Assembly: GCA_002633005.1 (NCBI GenBank)
Contig: NMRA01000122.1
Location: 496,820 to 560,819 of the forward strand
Direction: 5' to 3'
Source of the DNA: Phoronis australis
Taxonomy: Eukaryota > Animalia > Phoronida
DNA: 64,000 nt
Under the pieces are notes generated by a model. The model ran no database searches. It saw only the letters and a program-made list of their open reading frames with translations, and had not been told where the DNA came from. The number at the start of each line of letters is the position of its first letter. Positions within the stretch are counted from its first letter, which is position 1. The translations under genes were made by a program, and so were the position numbers. Below are positions 27,142-41,479 of the stretch, piece after piece.

Positions 27142-27795
27142 ACAACAGAGACCAGTCAGCCATACAGTGTCTGTATAGTGCGACTAGCTCACTGTGTCTG
27201 TATAGTGCGACTAGCTCACTGTGTCTGTATAGTGCGACTAGCTCAGTGTCTGTATAGTGCGACTAGCTCAGTGTCTGTATAGTGCGACTAGCTCACCGTG
27301 TCTGTATAATGCGACTAGCTCACAGTGTCCACTAGGGGGCACCAGAGTGAAGTAGTGAATCCCGTCCAAAAATCAACCTGTCAATTTTCATGATTCTTCA
27401 AGTGGTTTGGCAGATAGAAAGGCAGACGCCAAAAACTCACTAAAAATTTTGACAATAGCCACTAGGTGGCGCAGAATTGCCAAAGCCATCCGAAAATGGA
27501 AAGGTGTCGTCGTCTCCTTAATAGAAATCTATTTGGCAAATTTCATGAAAAACCATCCAAGAATACCAAAGCTACATAGGAAGTTATAAAAAAACAAAAT
27601 TGCCAATAGGGGGTATAGCGGTAGTCGAATCGGTCTGAAATTCGTGGTCAGCTTCATAGGAACTCATCTGCTAAATCTCATTAAGATCCAGTGAGGGGTT
27701 TAGGAGATACATCTGCCGATGCCCGGGACACAGGATGCCCAGACAGAGATGACTTCAATATGCACCCACATATAAACATGTGAGTGCATAAAAAA
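27142..27795 (-). mobile_element. HINE-like element, copy C
   Basis: terminal hairpin TGCACCCACA-TATAAACA-TGTGAGTGCA + TAAAAAA; same internal units; left boundary uncertain. Confidence 0.65.
27165..27329. repeat. 26-28-bp tandem repeat x6
   Basis: GTGTCTGTATAGTGCGACTAGCTCA(CT). Confidence 0.95.
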
Positions 27796-28699
27796 TGTTC
27801 CAGTAATCATTTATTTACAAAATATAATCAGCCATATAGTGTGTACAGTTCACAAGTAAAGCTATGAGACAGGCAGAAAACAGACAAAATACACCTTTAA
27901 ACTTCATGGCTGGTTATTCAAAGACCCTTTAGGTACACTATTGATTTGACCTTAACGCACAGCATTACCAAGGTCGGATCAACAAGAGCATTTCATGTAA
28001 TTAGTTTGCACCAACACGATGCAATCAAATACGGCATGTACCAATAACTGAGAAACAGGAAAACAACGCATTTTTGTTAGCCTAAACAGAGTAGATCAAG
28101 GTTAAGAATTCTGTACTTGGACTGAAAGCATATTACTCAAAACCACAAAGCCATTCATCAATCCTAACACAGCACTGGACTTGCTCCTGGCCATAACTAG
28201 AAAAATCCCAGGGTCCAAGTCTCATTTCCTGTACGTTGAGTGCATTGGTGCCACTTTGTGTACATTTTCCCCATTCCCAGTTTTGTGGTCAAGTTGTTGC
28301 CAGGGATACCAGTCCCTTAGCTTAGCAGGGAGCCAGTTAAGGTTGGTACAATCCCTGATCAATTTGCGCTGTGGTGCGCAAAATCACAACAATTTGGTTA
28401 AATTAAAAACCATCCTCCATCGACAGACCGTGTCAAACCGCAGAGACAGCCTTACACAGTAAGGCAGACAGTTTTCTAATAAAGTATTCCCAGTACACAG
28501 CCAGTTAGTTTGATTTACATAAATTGAAGTCTGTATTGAACCGAATAACCTTCTAGAAAAAAAATGCCCTAAAAATGTTTGTACTATTCTGTGTGTATTT
28601 ACCACTGCTCTTCTGAGTGCTCACTAAGTACAAAAAAACAACTGCTGCATGAATGAAGTGAGTGTAAATGAATAGATAAACATTGTAAACACAACTTAC

Positions 28700-28753
28700 C
28701 CAGTGGTTCAGGTGTGCCATCTATTGATAAGACTGAGAACTGGGTGAAGACAT
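28700..28753 (-). other. Candidate 54-nt internal exon of an unidentified gene
   Basis: strong sites ccttgtatttcag|...CTGG|gtaagt; one open frame (VFTQFSVLSIDGTPEPL) or an internal ATG (MAHLNHW). Confidence 0.5.
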
Positions 28754-31016
28754 CTGAAATACAAGGACACAAATGTAACTTTTGTGATAAAAATGTCAGT
28801 GATTTAGAGGATATTTCTTAAGGATACACAACAGCAACAGCAAAAAGAGATTCACAGCTCTGTTTGGTCGGCATGCAATGAGTCTGTGCATCTATTGGAT
28901 AGCGCATTTCCCCCCCATACTTACTTTGTTTTGAGACTCCAAGGCATTTGAAACTTTTTACTAGGAGCGGGTCACCCTCATACATCCAACCTGGATGAAC
29001 TGTCATCATGGCTTGATAGGTTTTCCAGCGTGAGGCCAATAACAATAAAAGAATATTCAATCGATGGAACACAACACTAAAAGTAGGAACTACCAGTAAC
29101 AGCCCGTCACGCATCAAATTTTGAATTACTTAAAGCAGTTAGGAAACCGCATTGGGTCCACAAAGTGAACGTTCGATTCAGGTTACTCACCGCTACGGAT
29201 GGTCTCAACTTGTTCCTTACTTAGAAGGAGAGGGATAGCCTCTGCAAACTAGTGACAGTTTGTTATTAATTGAGATCGTAATTGGCCTCTGGGTGTATAA
29301 AATGATACATGATGACAAGCCAACTAGTAGAGCCCCGCTCTCAAGCAATAACAAGATGCCACAGTTTTTGAATAAAAAGCATTCACATCATCTAAAACTT
29401 GACTATGGACAATTTCAGACCACTTTCATAACAGAAAGTGCTCTAGATTTATTTTTTTTTTGTGATAGAAGGTTTTAGCTGGTTTCAATGAAAAATCTCA
29501 TTATGAGTTTCTGGTGAGAAGTTTGTCGAATTACATATTCCACAATTTTCAGAACTATAACTGAGCCACTGCATTGACGAATACCACTGCACTCAACAGG
29601 TGACAGAAATATGTGCAGCTTAACTAATTGGACTTGTTAATTTAATGAGGATTAATTAACCACTGCACTAGCCCAAGCTGGCAGGAAATCTTGCCCGGTG
29701 ATAAACTTAAACACTGGAAACCCTTGGGTTAAAATTGAGAACACCTCACTAGCCAAACCACAGATGAGGTTGACCAGCCATTGTAATAACCTAGGGTCAC
29801 CACAAATGTGGTTCTCATCTGCTTCAGACTTGGTAATGGTTGGTAATTCAACAGGGATGAGTGAGGTCAGAAACTGATCTCTTTTTGCACTCAAAACTGG
29901 CATTCATGCAGAAAAGCATCATCATGTGCCTAACTAGTATTAAACCTTTTTAGTAGAAAGTACAAAGTTTAGGCAGACATGAACCCAACCCATTGAAAAT
30001 GTTATCCTAGGTCCCAGTGATTTCTTACTTATTATCTGCATTCAAAAAAGCAAGATTTCGAGCACGCGCGATACAGTGAACAAGATGGCACACACGCAGT
30101 GCAAGCTGTTTGCGTCGGAGACTTGAACGGAATTCAGTGTAACAGATCAGATCATTAAATATTTGTTTACTCAACAAAAATCATGAGGGTGTCGATCGTG
30201 GGTACACTGATGCTACTCAACTTGCTTAACGCTTGTGTTTAGCATATACACTTACCAAATTTCCAAATTTTCACTTTCAAACACTTATGCTTGGCTATAC
30301 ACCCAACCTGATAATTGAGATCAAACACCCTGGGCCTTAATGCGAATAAATACGGTACTCGATATACGTAACTTTCAATTTACAACGCAGTTGTTGCCAA
30401 AATAAAATTTGTTATCAAAATAATTTTTTCTTGATTTGGAAACTCAACCATGCTAATACAAGCCTCTTCACATGAACATAACTACTACCTAATCATAGGT
30501 GTAAAAATTTGTGGAGAATGTTGACTTCACCATCCTCTCCAGTGTACTATTGACTGCTAAAAACCACAGAGCAGTGACGAGCCAATCAGGTGAACTACTA
30601 GATGCTACAATCAGCTGGTTACTGGCTGTGCCAGGGTATATTTAGAGTTTGACCATGGAATACAAGCCAAGAATTTTAAATACAGTACTTGTGGCTCCAC
30701 CAGACAACCACAAAATGTTCACCTAGAAATGAGATCTTGATAAAAGTACTTAATAACAATCCAAGCAGATGTACTTTAAAATATACAGTTCACAGTTTAT
30801 CCAAATCATGAAACAAGTAAAAAATCAATTTAAAATCCTAAATGCACTGCCTTTGGCCTTCGTCCAAAAAGAGAAACCTGATGAATATGCAGGTATAATC
30901 ACTAATTTAGAGGTGAAACTTGCAATACAGATGAGAGACACAAACATGCAATTGTGACAATCAGGGACATTTAACTACCTACAAAATGGTATGACAGTTT
31001 TACGGGGGCGGGGGGG

Positions 31017-31017
31017 N
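31017..31017. other. Ambiguous base (n) after a G-run
   Basis: gggggcgggggggn; possible assembly join or base-calling failure. Confidence 0.9.
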
Positions 31018-34000
31018 TTAATTTAACATGGATGTAAAAATAGCCAAAATAGCCAACGGGAGACAAAGTACCATAGCCACAGTGTCTATCTTTTGACAGC
31101 ATGCTAACAGCATCAAGTAATTAATTACCTGACTCTATATTAAATGTGAAGAACACCAGTATAAGTAGAATTACATGACACAACAAACAAGCCATTGCGG
31201 GGAAAAAGAGCCCTTTTAAAGTCTTGCTTTGTGCTGCCATCTATTGTGGGTAAATAAAGGAACTGGGGTTGCTGTCCATGATAAACATCTTACTAAGTGG
31301 TCAGAAGACTTTTCAATAAAAAAATACAAAAGGAAAACAAACAAAATTGCAAAGGACCCATCTTTCCCATGTACATGTGGTCGATTACTTGTTAAACTTT
31401 TTGGTACTGCCAGCAAGTTTTACTTGCACTAGTCAACAGTACATTGAAAATTCTCATCCAGATCACGTTTCCTGTGAAAAAAGGGAAAACATGCAAGACC
31501 CTGCAAAATTATGTGACTGAAAGGCTTATATTTCCCAAGTCTGCTTGAGCCTTTACAAGCATAACCTTGCAAACTGGTGGTCACAGAAGTGATTGGTCAG
31601 TGAGATTGAAATTGAAAATATGGGATTAAATTTATGAATTATTAAATGTCTCCGTTCAATATGTCCCGGGTCTAGTGATGCAGTCCAACCAACAAGAAAT
31701 TCTTCGTATAAGCACCAGGCAGATCTTGACATTTTTATAGAGCTGTCTACATATGTTAAAACTGAAAACTATAAGTGAACCATGACTGGTAGTATCAGCA
31801 AGACCAGCCTTTAGGGCTCATCAGCAGAACTGACTCACATGGGAAACTAGACTGAATATGTAAACAAGGTTGTTGAATGGATGGGACAGACAGCTATCTC
31901 TAGAGAGCATCAAGAACACTGAGAGAGTGAACCACTTCAGGAAATGTCAATGAACCCTGGTGTTAATAGAGGAAACCAGAGAGTGAGAGTTGGCAAGTCT
32001 TCATAGCGACACAGTCATAGTTGAGGGTTAAAAGAGGTTGACCCAACATAATTCTTGACTAAGACAAGTCTCGGCATGCAAAGTATCATAACTTAGATAA
32101 TAAAATTACTGTGCCTGGAAATTACATAAAGCTTCCTGTATAATTCCAGCAGGAGACAGGTATACTCAATTTAATACAACTACTCTTTTAGTAAGTGGCA
32201 CTAATACAGCTATTATGAATAGTAGGCCTGACAATAACACTCATCACATTCATAAATTCAGATATGGACCTGGAATGGCAAAACATGATTATCTCAATAA
32301 ATGAGCCCGTGAGGTGGAACAAAAACTGTTAGACTGAAATTATAAAACTTCAATAACAAAATCTAAGCAAAAACAATTTGAATTCCCACATCGCAAATCA
32401 TGCCACGATCGCACACAGCAAGTCTCAATTTCATACAAATGCGTAGAACTTGCACATGCACTGTACCGAGATCTGTTGATACCAACAAACATAATGCTGT
32501 CCACAATGGTCAGGCAGTGGTATTTGACACACAGGTGTTAGCTAACACCTTTAGCAGTCAGTTTTCAAGGAAACACTAATGACAATTTAATACATATTAG
32601 GTAAGTTCCGTATTAGCCTTGTATATCACCCAATAACTGGACTCGTCAATTAGCACAGATGGTGACCATATCCTGGCCAAAGTAAAAACAAATTGTCTAC
32701 CTGTCAAGTCAGTTCTTTCCTGTTTACTTTTCTATAATCTCATTAAATTTCACAAGTTTAGACAAGGTTTTCCCTGATCATGTTTACTTACAGGCAGCTA
32801 TAGAGAGTTAGTTGACACCAATGTGTTATTCCAAGGGATCAACAGATTTATTGGGCAGGCTCTCTACAGTGGTGAACATTTACGAAAATTTGAAAGAGGC
32901 CAACAAGCAGTCAAAATAAAATCTACTAAAGCAAGGTATTTTCAAGCAGAGATTCGTGACACGGTCACATGATTAACTTTTCAACAGTCAAGGCCAGGTG
33001 AACAGTCATTATACAAATAACTAGTAGTAGCAACAATATCATAAAATTCAGTGAACTACATCATGAACTTGTAGACCTTAACCTAATAATTCATTTCCAG
33101 AAACTGTATCCGAATAATTGGCCAATCAATAACTAGAGAAATAGAGGTAGACATTGATGTGATAGCAATAACCACTCAATTAAATACCTGGAAACTATCA
33201 AATGTGTAAAGTACACAATTAAGTCAGCAATCCCTTCTCCTATTGGCAACAGAAGCTAGTGAACACAACAATGCTTGGCACATGCACAATAGACACCAGT
33301 GACATGTGGCATGACGTAAGCTCACATAATTTAAGAAAAGAAGTAAACAATATAACATCAACAATTACACTTCGTTTAGTAAGAAAATCAACATTTTTAA
33401 TTATCTACAATAATTGTGGGCATGGTACAATAATTATGCCACGCCCAACTTCAAATAAAATTTCCTGTTAAAGGAAATCCCTCACTTGATTGTAAAAATT
33501 GCCCCACAATCTAAGCATGGGCAAAAATACTGCATTAATGACACTAGGGTCAATTCCAAGTAGGTCCAAGTCTCAATCAATGCAGTGACTGCTATCAAAT
33601 GGAAAGAATAAAACATCAAAGCCCAATTTGCAGAAGGCTTAAAACAAGTGATAAACCCCTCACTAAACACTCAAGTAGTAAGAATGGGTTGATTTCCAGT
33701 CCAAACATGCAGTGGACAGGTTTATTAAACCACAAAAATCTTGGTGTTTTAATCATTGACCAAACTGGCACCACATATGTATAGCTGATTAGGTGATACA
33801 GACTTTGTGGTTTGCTATAATCAATTAATTTAAGCACTGCAAACTGATGTTTATTGGGCTGATAAAGTACACCTTCATCAAGAACATAAAATCATGAGAG
33901 AATTTACAGGTATTCATGGCTAAACTAAGGGCTTACCTGAACTAACAGTGATTTAATAAAGAAAACAGCAAGAGAAGAACTTTTAAACATTGTTGACACT

Positions 34001-35404
34001 ACTCTGAGCAGGATCTGGGACAAATGATTATTTGAACATGATCTCTGATAAAGTAAACATTTGAACATGATCTCTGAAAAAGTGAACGTCTGATGCAAAT
34101 CGCATTACACTTAATAATCAATGAAAACCGGAGTGCTGTAAAATCCTTCTATTTCTGAGTAGAAGTAATTGCCATTTTACCCTTTTCAAGAGCTTGTCAA
34201 CATTACTGTGAATGCCCATATTTTTCAAGGACAGGTTGATAGGGCGCAAGTTATACTACCTCAAGAGGTGTGGTAAGTTATCACAGCTATGACAAGTTGC
34301 TCTGATTTGACTGTGTCCACATGGTCACTAAGTGCACTGTTTGTGAGCATGCATGTGAGATATTAGTTTCATTAGCATACTGCCTGGACAAGAGATGAAG
34401 CCACAATAAGAATTCACAATCCAATAGTGAGGGTCTACTTTGTCAGACAGGTTCAAAAGTCATTTGGCCCTTTTATGCTGTATTTAACTCTGCCAATCAG
34501 AATCACCATTAGCATAGGTTACATCTGCAGGTAACAAAAGTCATCCATTCAAAGATAATGGTGCCCTCTATTGACATTTTTGAAGTTCTTGGCTAACAGA
34601 TATTTTGACAACCATAGCTGAAGATGGCAGATTCACATGGGAAACAAGCAGACAGATCAAAGTTTAAAAACACATCCTTGACTGAAACACATACTAAATG
34701 ATACACTGTCATGGTGACACAACCTGTCAGGGATGCAAATGATACAGTTTAAAATGTTTATTTTTATTCCCTCTGACCTAGGCTGTTATGTCTGAACACT
34801 AAGCTGGGTGATCAAAGGATGAAGCAGACATGAGCTATTACACCAAACTAGTCCCACATTTTGTCATGTCAAAAGAGTGCAGTGTATTGCAAAGCATTCA
34901 AAAAGGGATTAGGGTACATAATTTAGCATAGTTATGCAGTAGTTGTGTAACAGGGGCGCAAATGGTTGGGTTCTGGGTCAATGGAGACCAGGCTTGGTTT
35001 TCCTGGCTCATAAATCACACAAGCGCCAGACCTGGCTTCACAACTCATTATCATCCAGTGATTTATCCTCAACTCATACATTGCTCTACAAATAACTGTC
35101 ATTCAATTAGGTATGGAAAGAGGAAATGCCACAGATGATACTGTGAAGAGTGACTAGTACAATTGGCATGTCAGATGACCACAATACAGGTCCTGCCACC
35201 TATTGGATTTGTTTTGAATCACAACAAATGAAGACCAACATCAATGGGTCAATCATGACAAATAATGATGGTCAAACATATCCCAGAGCGCAAACTCTTA
35301 AGAAAAATTGTAAATATTCCCGTTTTGTGGTAATGCCATGCAGACTGTGAAAGCTTCTACTTAAATGCCATAGTTAAAACTAAAAAAAGATAGTCTTCAG
35401 CTTA

Positions 35405-35640
35405 TACTGTATAATGTTAAAAAATCTCCAGTTTGGGGCAGTAAAAATTTAAATATGTTGCTCTTGCTCAGAGCTTGTACCAAAGTTTAAAAATAAACAA
35501 CACTGGCAGTCCCAAATTCAAGAATAACGATCATCGACAAACCATCATTCACCTTGGTGTTACGCATGAAAACATCGTGTCCGTGGCTATTTGTCACGAT
35601 TTCATAATTTGTACCACAGAAATGTTGTTTGCTAGTCCAT
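35405..35640. repeat. Dispersed repeat (related sequence at ~60700-61050)
   Basis: shared GAGCTTGTACCAAA.TTT..AAATA..ATCATTCAC; CTCCAGTTTGGGG vs CCCCAAACTGGAG. Confidence 0.6.
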
Positions 35641-36693
35641 ACGCATAACTGGAGGTTAGGGGATCAAAGCAGTAATTTCAGAGACATGACCACTGAATTA
35701 TTTCCTACTCCCTGTATATTCGAATATAACATGATGGTAATTTTTTAGGATTGTTACACCTTTACAGGCATAAAGTAACACCACTAGAGACTTATCGCTA
35801 TTCAAGTGTTTACGACAGGTAAAAATGTTACCCTAAACTAATGGTTAAAGTCCTGGGCACGGGCATGGGCGTTAACCAGCAAGTTTTTTATTTTCATTTT
35901 ATGTCACAGAACCTTCCAGGCAAAGTCAACAACATGGACCTTCTCATACAGAGAAAGACTGCTACAAGCTTACTATAATTATATACTTGCACCTTAAGCA
36001 CATTCCTGAAGCATCATCTTACACACGTGATTTTGTTTTAGTTTATTTCCAAAATGGTATAGGTGTGCTTTCAAAGGTGGAAACTGAACTTGAGAACTTT
36101 GAGTTATGTTTGCCGAGCAACATTTGAGTCTATGACAATCTTCAAGGCCACCAAAATGCATAATGACATGAAATTCTTTAAACAATTTCAAGGGAGGCAC
36201 CTAGAATTCCTGTGTGGTTCTCTACCCTGTGTCTCAAATACAAGGAAAACACTGAAATCTTCAATTTTGTCTAGTTAGGCCAGTTTCTTATGTGATTTAT
36301 TATAGCAATTACAGGTTCCATCAATGACCTTACTGAAAAATTTGTGAATTCAGCCTAATATCTAGACAACTATATTAACTGACATATTGCAAGCTCCACC
36401 CACTTGCGAAATGTCAACAAACAAACAATAAGTTTTACCAGGCAAGGCATTGCTTGTCGGTAAAATGGCTGCTTGGAAACGAAGGTGTGTCAAGAATATT
36501 GCGTTCTGATTGGTCAGTTAAGCTGTCACTCAAAGTCCTGGCGATAGGTCAATTAACTCTGCAAAAAGTTGTATTCTTGTAGACTGAATTTAAACTTCAT
36601 ATCAATGTCATAAATCAAGTCATATGATCATGTCTGTTCAGTAAAATTTAGCAAAAATGAAAGGTGCATAAATAGCAAAACAACGGTATCAAT

Positions 36694-38840
36694 TCACCTC
36701 TTTCACGAACGCGGGGCGCTGCTGTCGTGTTGATCGAAAACGAGGCGCCTTGACAAACATGGCATCGTCCTGCAAGGTGTTGTGGTCAAAAGACTTATCA
36801 ACGTTACCAAAAATCAAGTTGTCTGATGTTGAATCGATCTCCAAAAATCATACCGTCCAATACTTACGGCAACTAGACTTTTACCCTCCTCAGCCATTCC
36901 TTAGTAGTTTTCCCTCTTTTGAAAAAGTGTGGAAGTCAGGGATATACCCAGGCTTTTAGTCTTGAAAAACCCTGCTCGCCAGCTGGGCGAGTGCCGGAGC
37001 CAGAAAATTTACTCGCCAAGCCCGAAGTTCGGTCGCCCGGCCGTTGGCGCCAGTCACCACAAACTTGCTGCTAATTTAAATAAAAATCATCGTTTCGTGC
37101 ACTGATGTCACCATCTATTAGGGCTACCGTATTCGCTCTAATAAGCGCCCAGCGAGGGGGACTCTTTTTGTAGCCTACGGCAGTTAAAACCTGGTCTCCG
37201 AAACGGGTGAAATCGGAAGCTAGGATTCATCAAATTTACGCGCTGTGACGTATGTGTAACCTATGACAGACTAGCTACAAAACTGTGGTGCATTGCTATC
37301 AAACTCTGTTGTTAAATTACGATCTTTTTAAAAAAATGTGCTGAAATCCCAGGGCGAAAACTTGCCGACTGATGCGTCGCTGCTTCGCGATCGTCGATAG
37401 GACAACTTGAATTCTTGAGTAAAAATAGTTTCGACTCAAATTACCTGAAATCCTCCCAAATAGCCTTTCCTAAGATTCTTAAGTTCCTGTGGACTCGGAG
37501 TCGGGATTAACCGCAGATTAAGTCAAAATCTGCGCTAGATCGCACCCCGCAACGAGAAAAATCTGGACGAACACATATGTTGTTGTCACGTGACGTTTGT
37601 ATTGAAGTGAATCAGCTGGTGTGCACCGAGTGAGCGAGCGCGTGCGTGTCATCAGTGTTCATTTGCCAGAGTAGCAGGCCCAATGAGCTGTATAATGTAG
37701 TATATTTATCTCATTGAGCAGGCCCACATGTTATATGTGGGCCCTAGCGCGCGCTTCTTGGCCAAGTTTCGATTCGCGGTTTTTATAATTTTTCGTGTAC
37801 AAAACAATCTGGATTCCTGTTGTGGGAGAAGATCTGTACGGGAAAGATACAATACCAATCCCGTTGACCTGAGTACGCTGCGTCTGTTCTGATCAGGGCC
37901 AGACCATGTAGTGTGACACTTTCCTCGCAAGATCAGCAAATCTTTTGCGTTCTTTTTGAAGCACTGCGGAATGGTTTGAAGTGTACAGCCACGGCTAAAT
38001 ACCGACATAGCGGCGAGGCTCGTGGTCTACTAGAAATTACGCGCACAATGATTTTTCAGAACTGTCGGATATTATTGATAAATTGAATACATTTACTGTA
38101 GAATTTTAGAACTGTGAGGTAAGACATTTTTCGCATTGATATATACACATTCATGGACTGGGCGCTTATTTTAGCGAAGTCTGAAAACGAGTGGGAACGC
38201 TTATAGGGGCATGGGCGCTTATTAGGACGAATGTTATAAAAATAATTTTGGCTAAAATGACATTGTACATTACAATAAGAAATCAGTTCCAAGAAATATG
38301 GTATTTTATTTGCTATGAGCACATGGACCGGTCTTCAACCTTTCTCCCCTTTTCTTCGTTTTGGACTAGTCCACAAATTCTTTGTGCACGACCACACACA
38401 CACTGTGTTTTTTTGACGAATCGCATAACGGGTGACATGTACTGAATCGGTAGGGTCGCACTGCGCCGATGTTTTTTACTGCCGGAGCATCGACACGATG
38501 ACCAAAGTGAACCTTAAATTCATGATAAAAACAGCACAAGCTAGGAGGAGGAAACGATATATAGTGCTTTTGCGCTATGAAATTCGCTCGCCACCGGGCG
38601 ACCGGCAAGTCAACTTCTACTCGCCCAGCACCATTTTTACTCGCATTGGCGACTGGGCGAATGGCTAAGTATATCCCTGGGAAGGATACCGACGAGATAT
38701 TACTGGAATTGGTACGTTCAGGCACTGCACAGTACACCATGGCCAGCTGATGATCACTCACGAGGTTTTATCAGTGTGCCTCGTTTTCGATCAGTATTTA
38801 AAGATGGCGCGGGAAGATGGCGCTTTCGTGAAATAGGTGA
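36694..38840. mobile_element. AT-flanked TIR element (ISL2EU/PHIS-like relic) hosting the hAT copy
   Basis: AT|TCACCTCTTTCACGAA...TTCGTGAAATAGGTGA|AT; second inverted pair TGATCGAAAACGAGGC/GCCTCGTTTTCGATCA; ORF start MASSCKVLWSKDLSTLPKIKLSDV; superfamily is inferred. Confidence 0.7.
36937..38679. mobile_element. Second copy of the hAT-type non-autonomous element (1743 bp, no Kolobok insert)
   Basis: CAGGGATATA...TATATCCCTG; colinear with 13911-14417 and 19505-20607; flanks GGAAGT / GGAAGG. Confidence 0.9.
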
Positions 38841-39499
38841 ATACCATGACAAAATTTCACTTGACATAAATGTTCAAGACGAAATCTCAAAAAGGTTGTT
38901 ACAGTTTTCTAAAATCTTTTTGTTTTTGTATTATGCAACTTTGATTTTTTCATAAGAATTATAGAAGTTCTATTTTTGATAGCCCTCCATGCAAAAGCAC
39001 AACACTTTAAAAACAATTTTCTAACACAGTGTAAGACACCATCAGTAAGTTTCATATAAATGCCATCAGCCATTTGAGATATGAAGTTCTTAAGTTTGTC
39101 AAATTCAGGTATTTTTGTCCCACATAACCTCAAATACAAATCACCTCTGTTTCAACAGCACTGTATCAGTGAAGAAACTTTATGACCATGATAAGATACT
39201 AAGTCAAGGCAACATGATTGAACCCTGCAAATGCAAGTAGTACAATAGCGCTGTCCCAGAACACGCGGTGAAACAAATCTCCTTTGTCCCGGAGATAAGA
39301 AAATCCAAGACCCAGTTTTAGAAATCAGGCACAATAAACTTCATAATAAAGGATTGGAACTGGTTTCGTATTGTTGTATGAATTTCTAGTATTTTGTTGT
39401 TAAAAAAATAATTGCAGGATATCTAGTACACGTTGTACCAGACGTGCGCAGGCCACTCGAGTGGGCCCATTGCACTGGTCACCTGATATACTTTATATA

Positions 39500-39633
39500 T
39501 ATATTAATGTACAGATAAAACCGAGTTGAGGAGCAAGATACCTGACTTAGGGGTCTAGCAGGGTGCCCCAGTGCGACTCGAACTCATAAATAAAGGAAAT
39601 GGATGCCTATCCCATCAGGTCACACTGCCACTT
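39500..39633 (-). mobile_element. tRNA-derived SINE relic
   Basis: A-box-like GTGACCTGATGG and B-box GAGTTCGAGTC on the minus strand; no cloverleaf. Confidence 0.5.
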
Positions 39634-41479
39634 CTAGTATTTTATTACCAGGAAACCGAATTTCTGTACAAATTTGGCTTCCACAAAGTTGTAATCGTCT
39701 TCCTCAAGATGTTACAAGAAATTAACAAATGACACATGCCACCAGCGTACTGTTTTCAAGTTGACGATAGTCATTCATTTTTTTGCAAAAGCCATAAAAT
39801 GACTCAATGAGAAAACGATGTTTACAAGAGCGTTTTTCACTCAAATGGCTGTAACGGGCATGCCATTAAAGTACATCGATTCCCACATCATGCATGTACT
39901 CCATCTGGAGGTTTAAGTACTACATGTTGTTGTAAAATTCACCAAAAGGTGACGAGCAGAACTAATTCAGAGATCCACCATATTATTGCAGCCACCGGAG
40001 TTCTGAACTTCCTTCTTATACTGATTCCAAAAATGTATCAAACCATCATAGACTATATAGGGATCAAACTTGCAAACCAGTCTCATTGTCCGTAGCCTAG
40101 GGCACAGGACACAGTGAGTTGGTGGACCAACTAGGGGCCTCTACACATTACGGCGTTTTTCCGTTGCTCCCTACTTGTTCGATTCTATAGCCCAACAAGA
40201 AGTTGGGAAGTTTACCCCTGTAGCCAATATCTTGCATGACTGATTAACTCCATTCTGGCATTTATGGTTGCAGGGCCACCTCTCTTTTGTTCGATAATTG
40301 CTCTAATCTGTAATAAGATCGTTTCTAGTGTGACTGGGCTGGGCTGTTAAAAACAAATGTTACTTAAAACATATTTGAACGTAAGCCAATAGCATTTCTG
40401 AAATCCTTGTAAAATGATGATCTTGTTTATTTTTTGAATTGCCAAAATCGCCCAACTACAATCAAAGTTACGACAATCTATTCTTTCCGAACGTATCAAT
40501 TCGCTCTGGGTTTGACTGTGTTTACACGTGGTCTGTAATAAGCCTGGTAGATAATTGGCCTGCCTGTTAATTGTCATACCAGACAAAAGACAGTGTTTGA
40601 CAGTTAACAAAGAAGCTAGATGTTATCATACGCTCACAACCCTCTATGTTTGGTAAAGTCATTGAACGGGAAAACGACATCATGACACAGGCTTACCCAA
40701 GAATAAGTTACTCCTTAAATAATTGGAAAAGGTGAAATGCTGCTACTTGTTCCTCCATATTATGCCAGGAAAACTTTAGCGGGAATCTCGCACAGGCAAA
40801 CACCATTCAGAATCGATGATGCTGTTTCATTCATTAACAACAGGAGTCGCTGAAATCTTGAGTTTAGCTAACATGGCAGGGTCAACCGGGAAAGAGTGCG
40901 AACCGAAATTCGACTATAAAATACCGAGAAATCGCGGTGGGGGATACTCTCATATATTTTTGTAAAGATTACGTTGCAAGGAATTGAACGATACCAATGT
41001 GTGTAGGTCAATGTCGTCATATTGTAAACAATTACCGGGCACTCTACTTAAAAGTGGGGTAAGTTCCACAAGTGCAAAGTTGAGTTGTAGCCTAGTTCGC
41101 ACTAGCTAGGCTGTGTGTGGACGGGACTAAATCACTTAACTCAACTCTAAGATCTCAACTCAGCTTAGTTTAGGCAATAAACAATGTTGCTGATTTCTAG
41201 AACTCGCTTCCTGCAGATAAATGGCAGGTCCAGATTAGTTCCCTCGGCCAGGGAATATAACTAGCCAAGTCATCAACACAAACATGCGCCCAGATACCAA
41301 CCGGCGCCAGAAAACAGGAAACAGACTTAGAGTCAGCTAAAGCAAAACCACCGGCCTGCCGTAGAATAGAGCACACTTACACTCGTCAAAACAATGCCCA
41401 TTCAACTGATCACTGACACTGATCAATATCGACAAGAAAAGGGTAAGGTGTACGCATGAAAAGGGAACAAACCAAAGTT

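Noticed and set aside
31800-31830. Hammerhead-like CTGATGA-GCC-CTAAA-GGC on the minus strand
   Set aside because: Not followed by GAAA; no stems I/III
28000-35400. Clusters of Forkhead/Meis/Sox-like short motifs as enhancers
   Set aside because: Such 6-7-mers are frequent by chance in AT-rich DNA; not supportable without conservation or chromatin data
39560-39633. tRNA gene
   Set aside because: A/B-box-like motifs only; no cloverleaf; better explained as a SINE head
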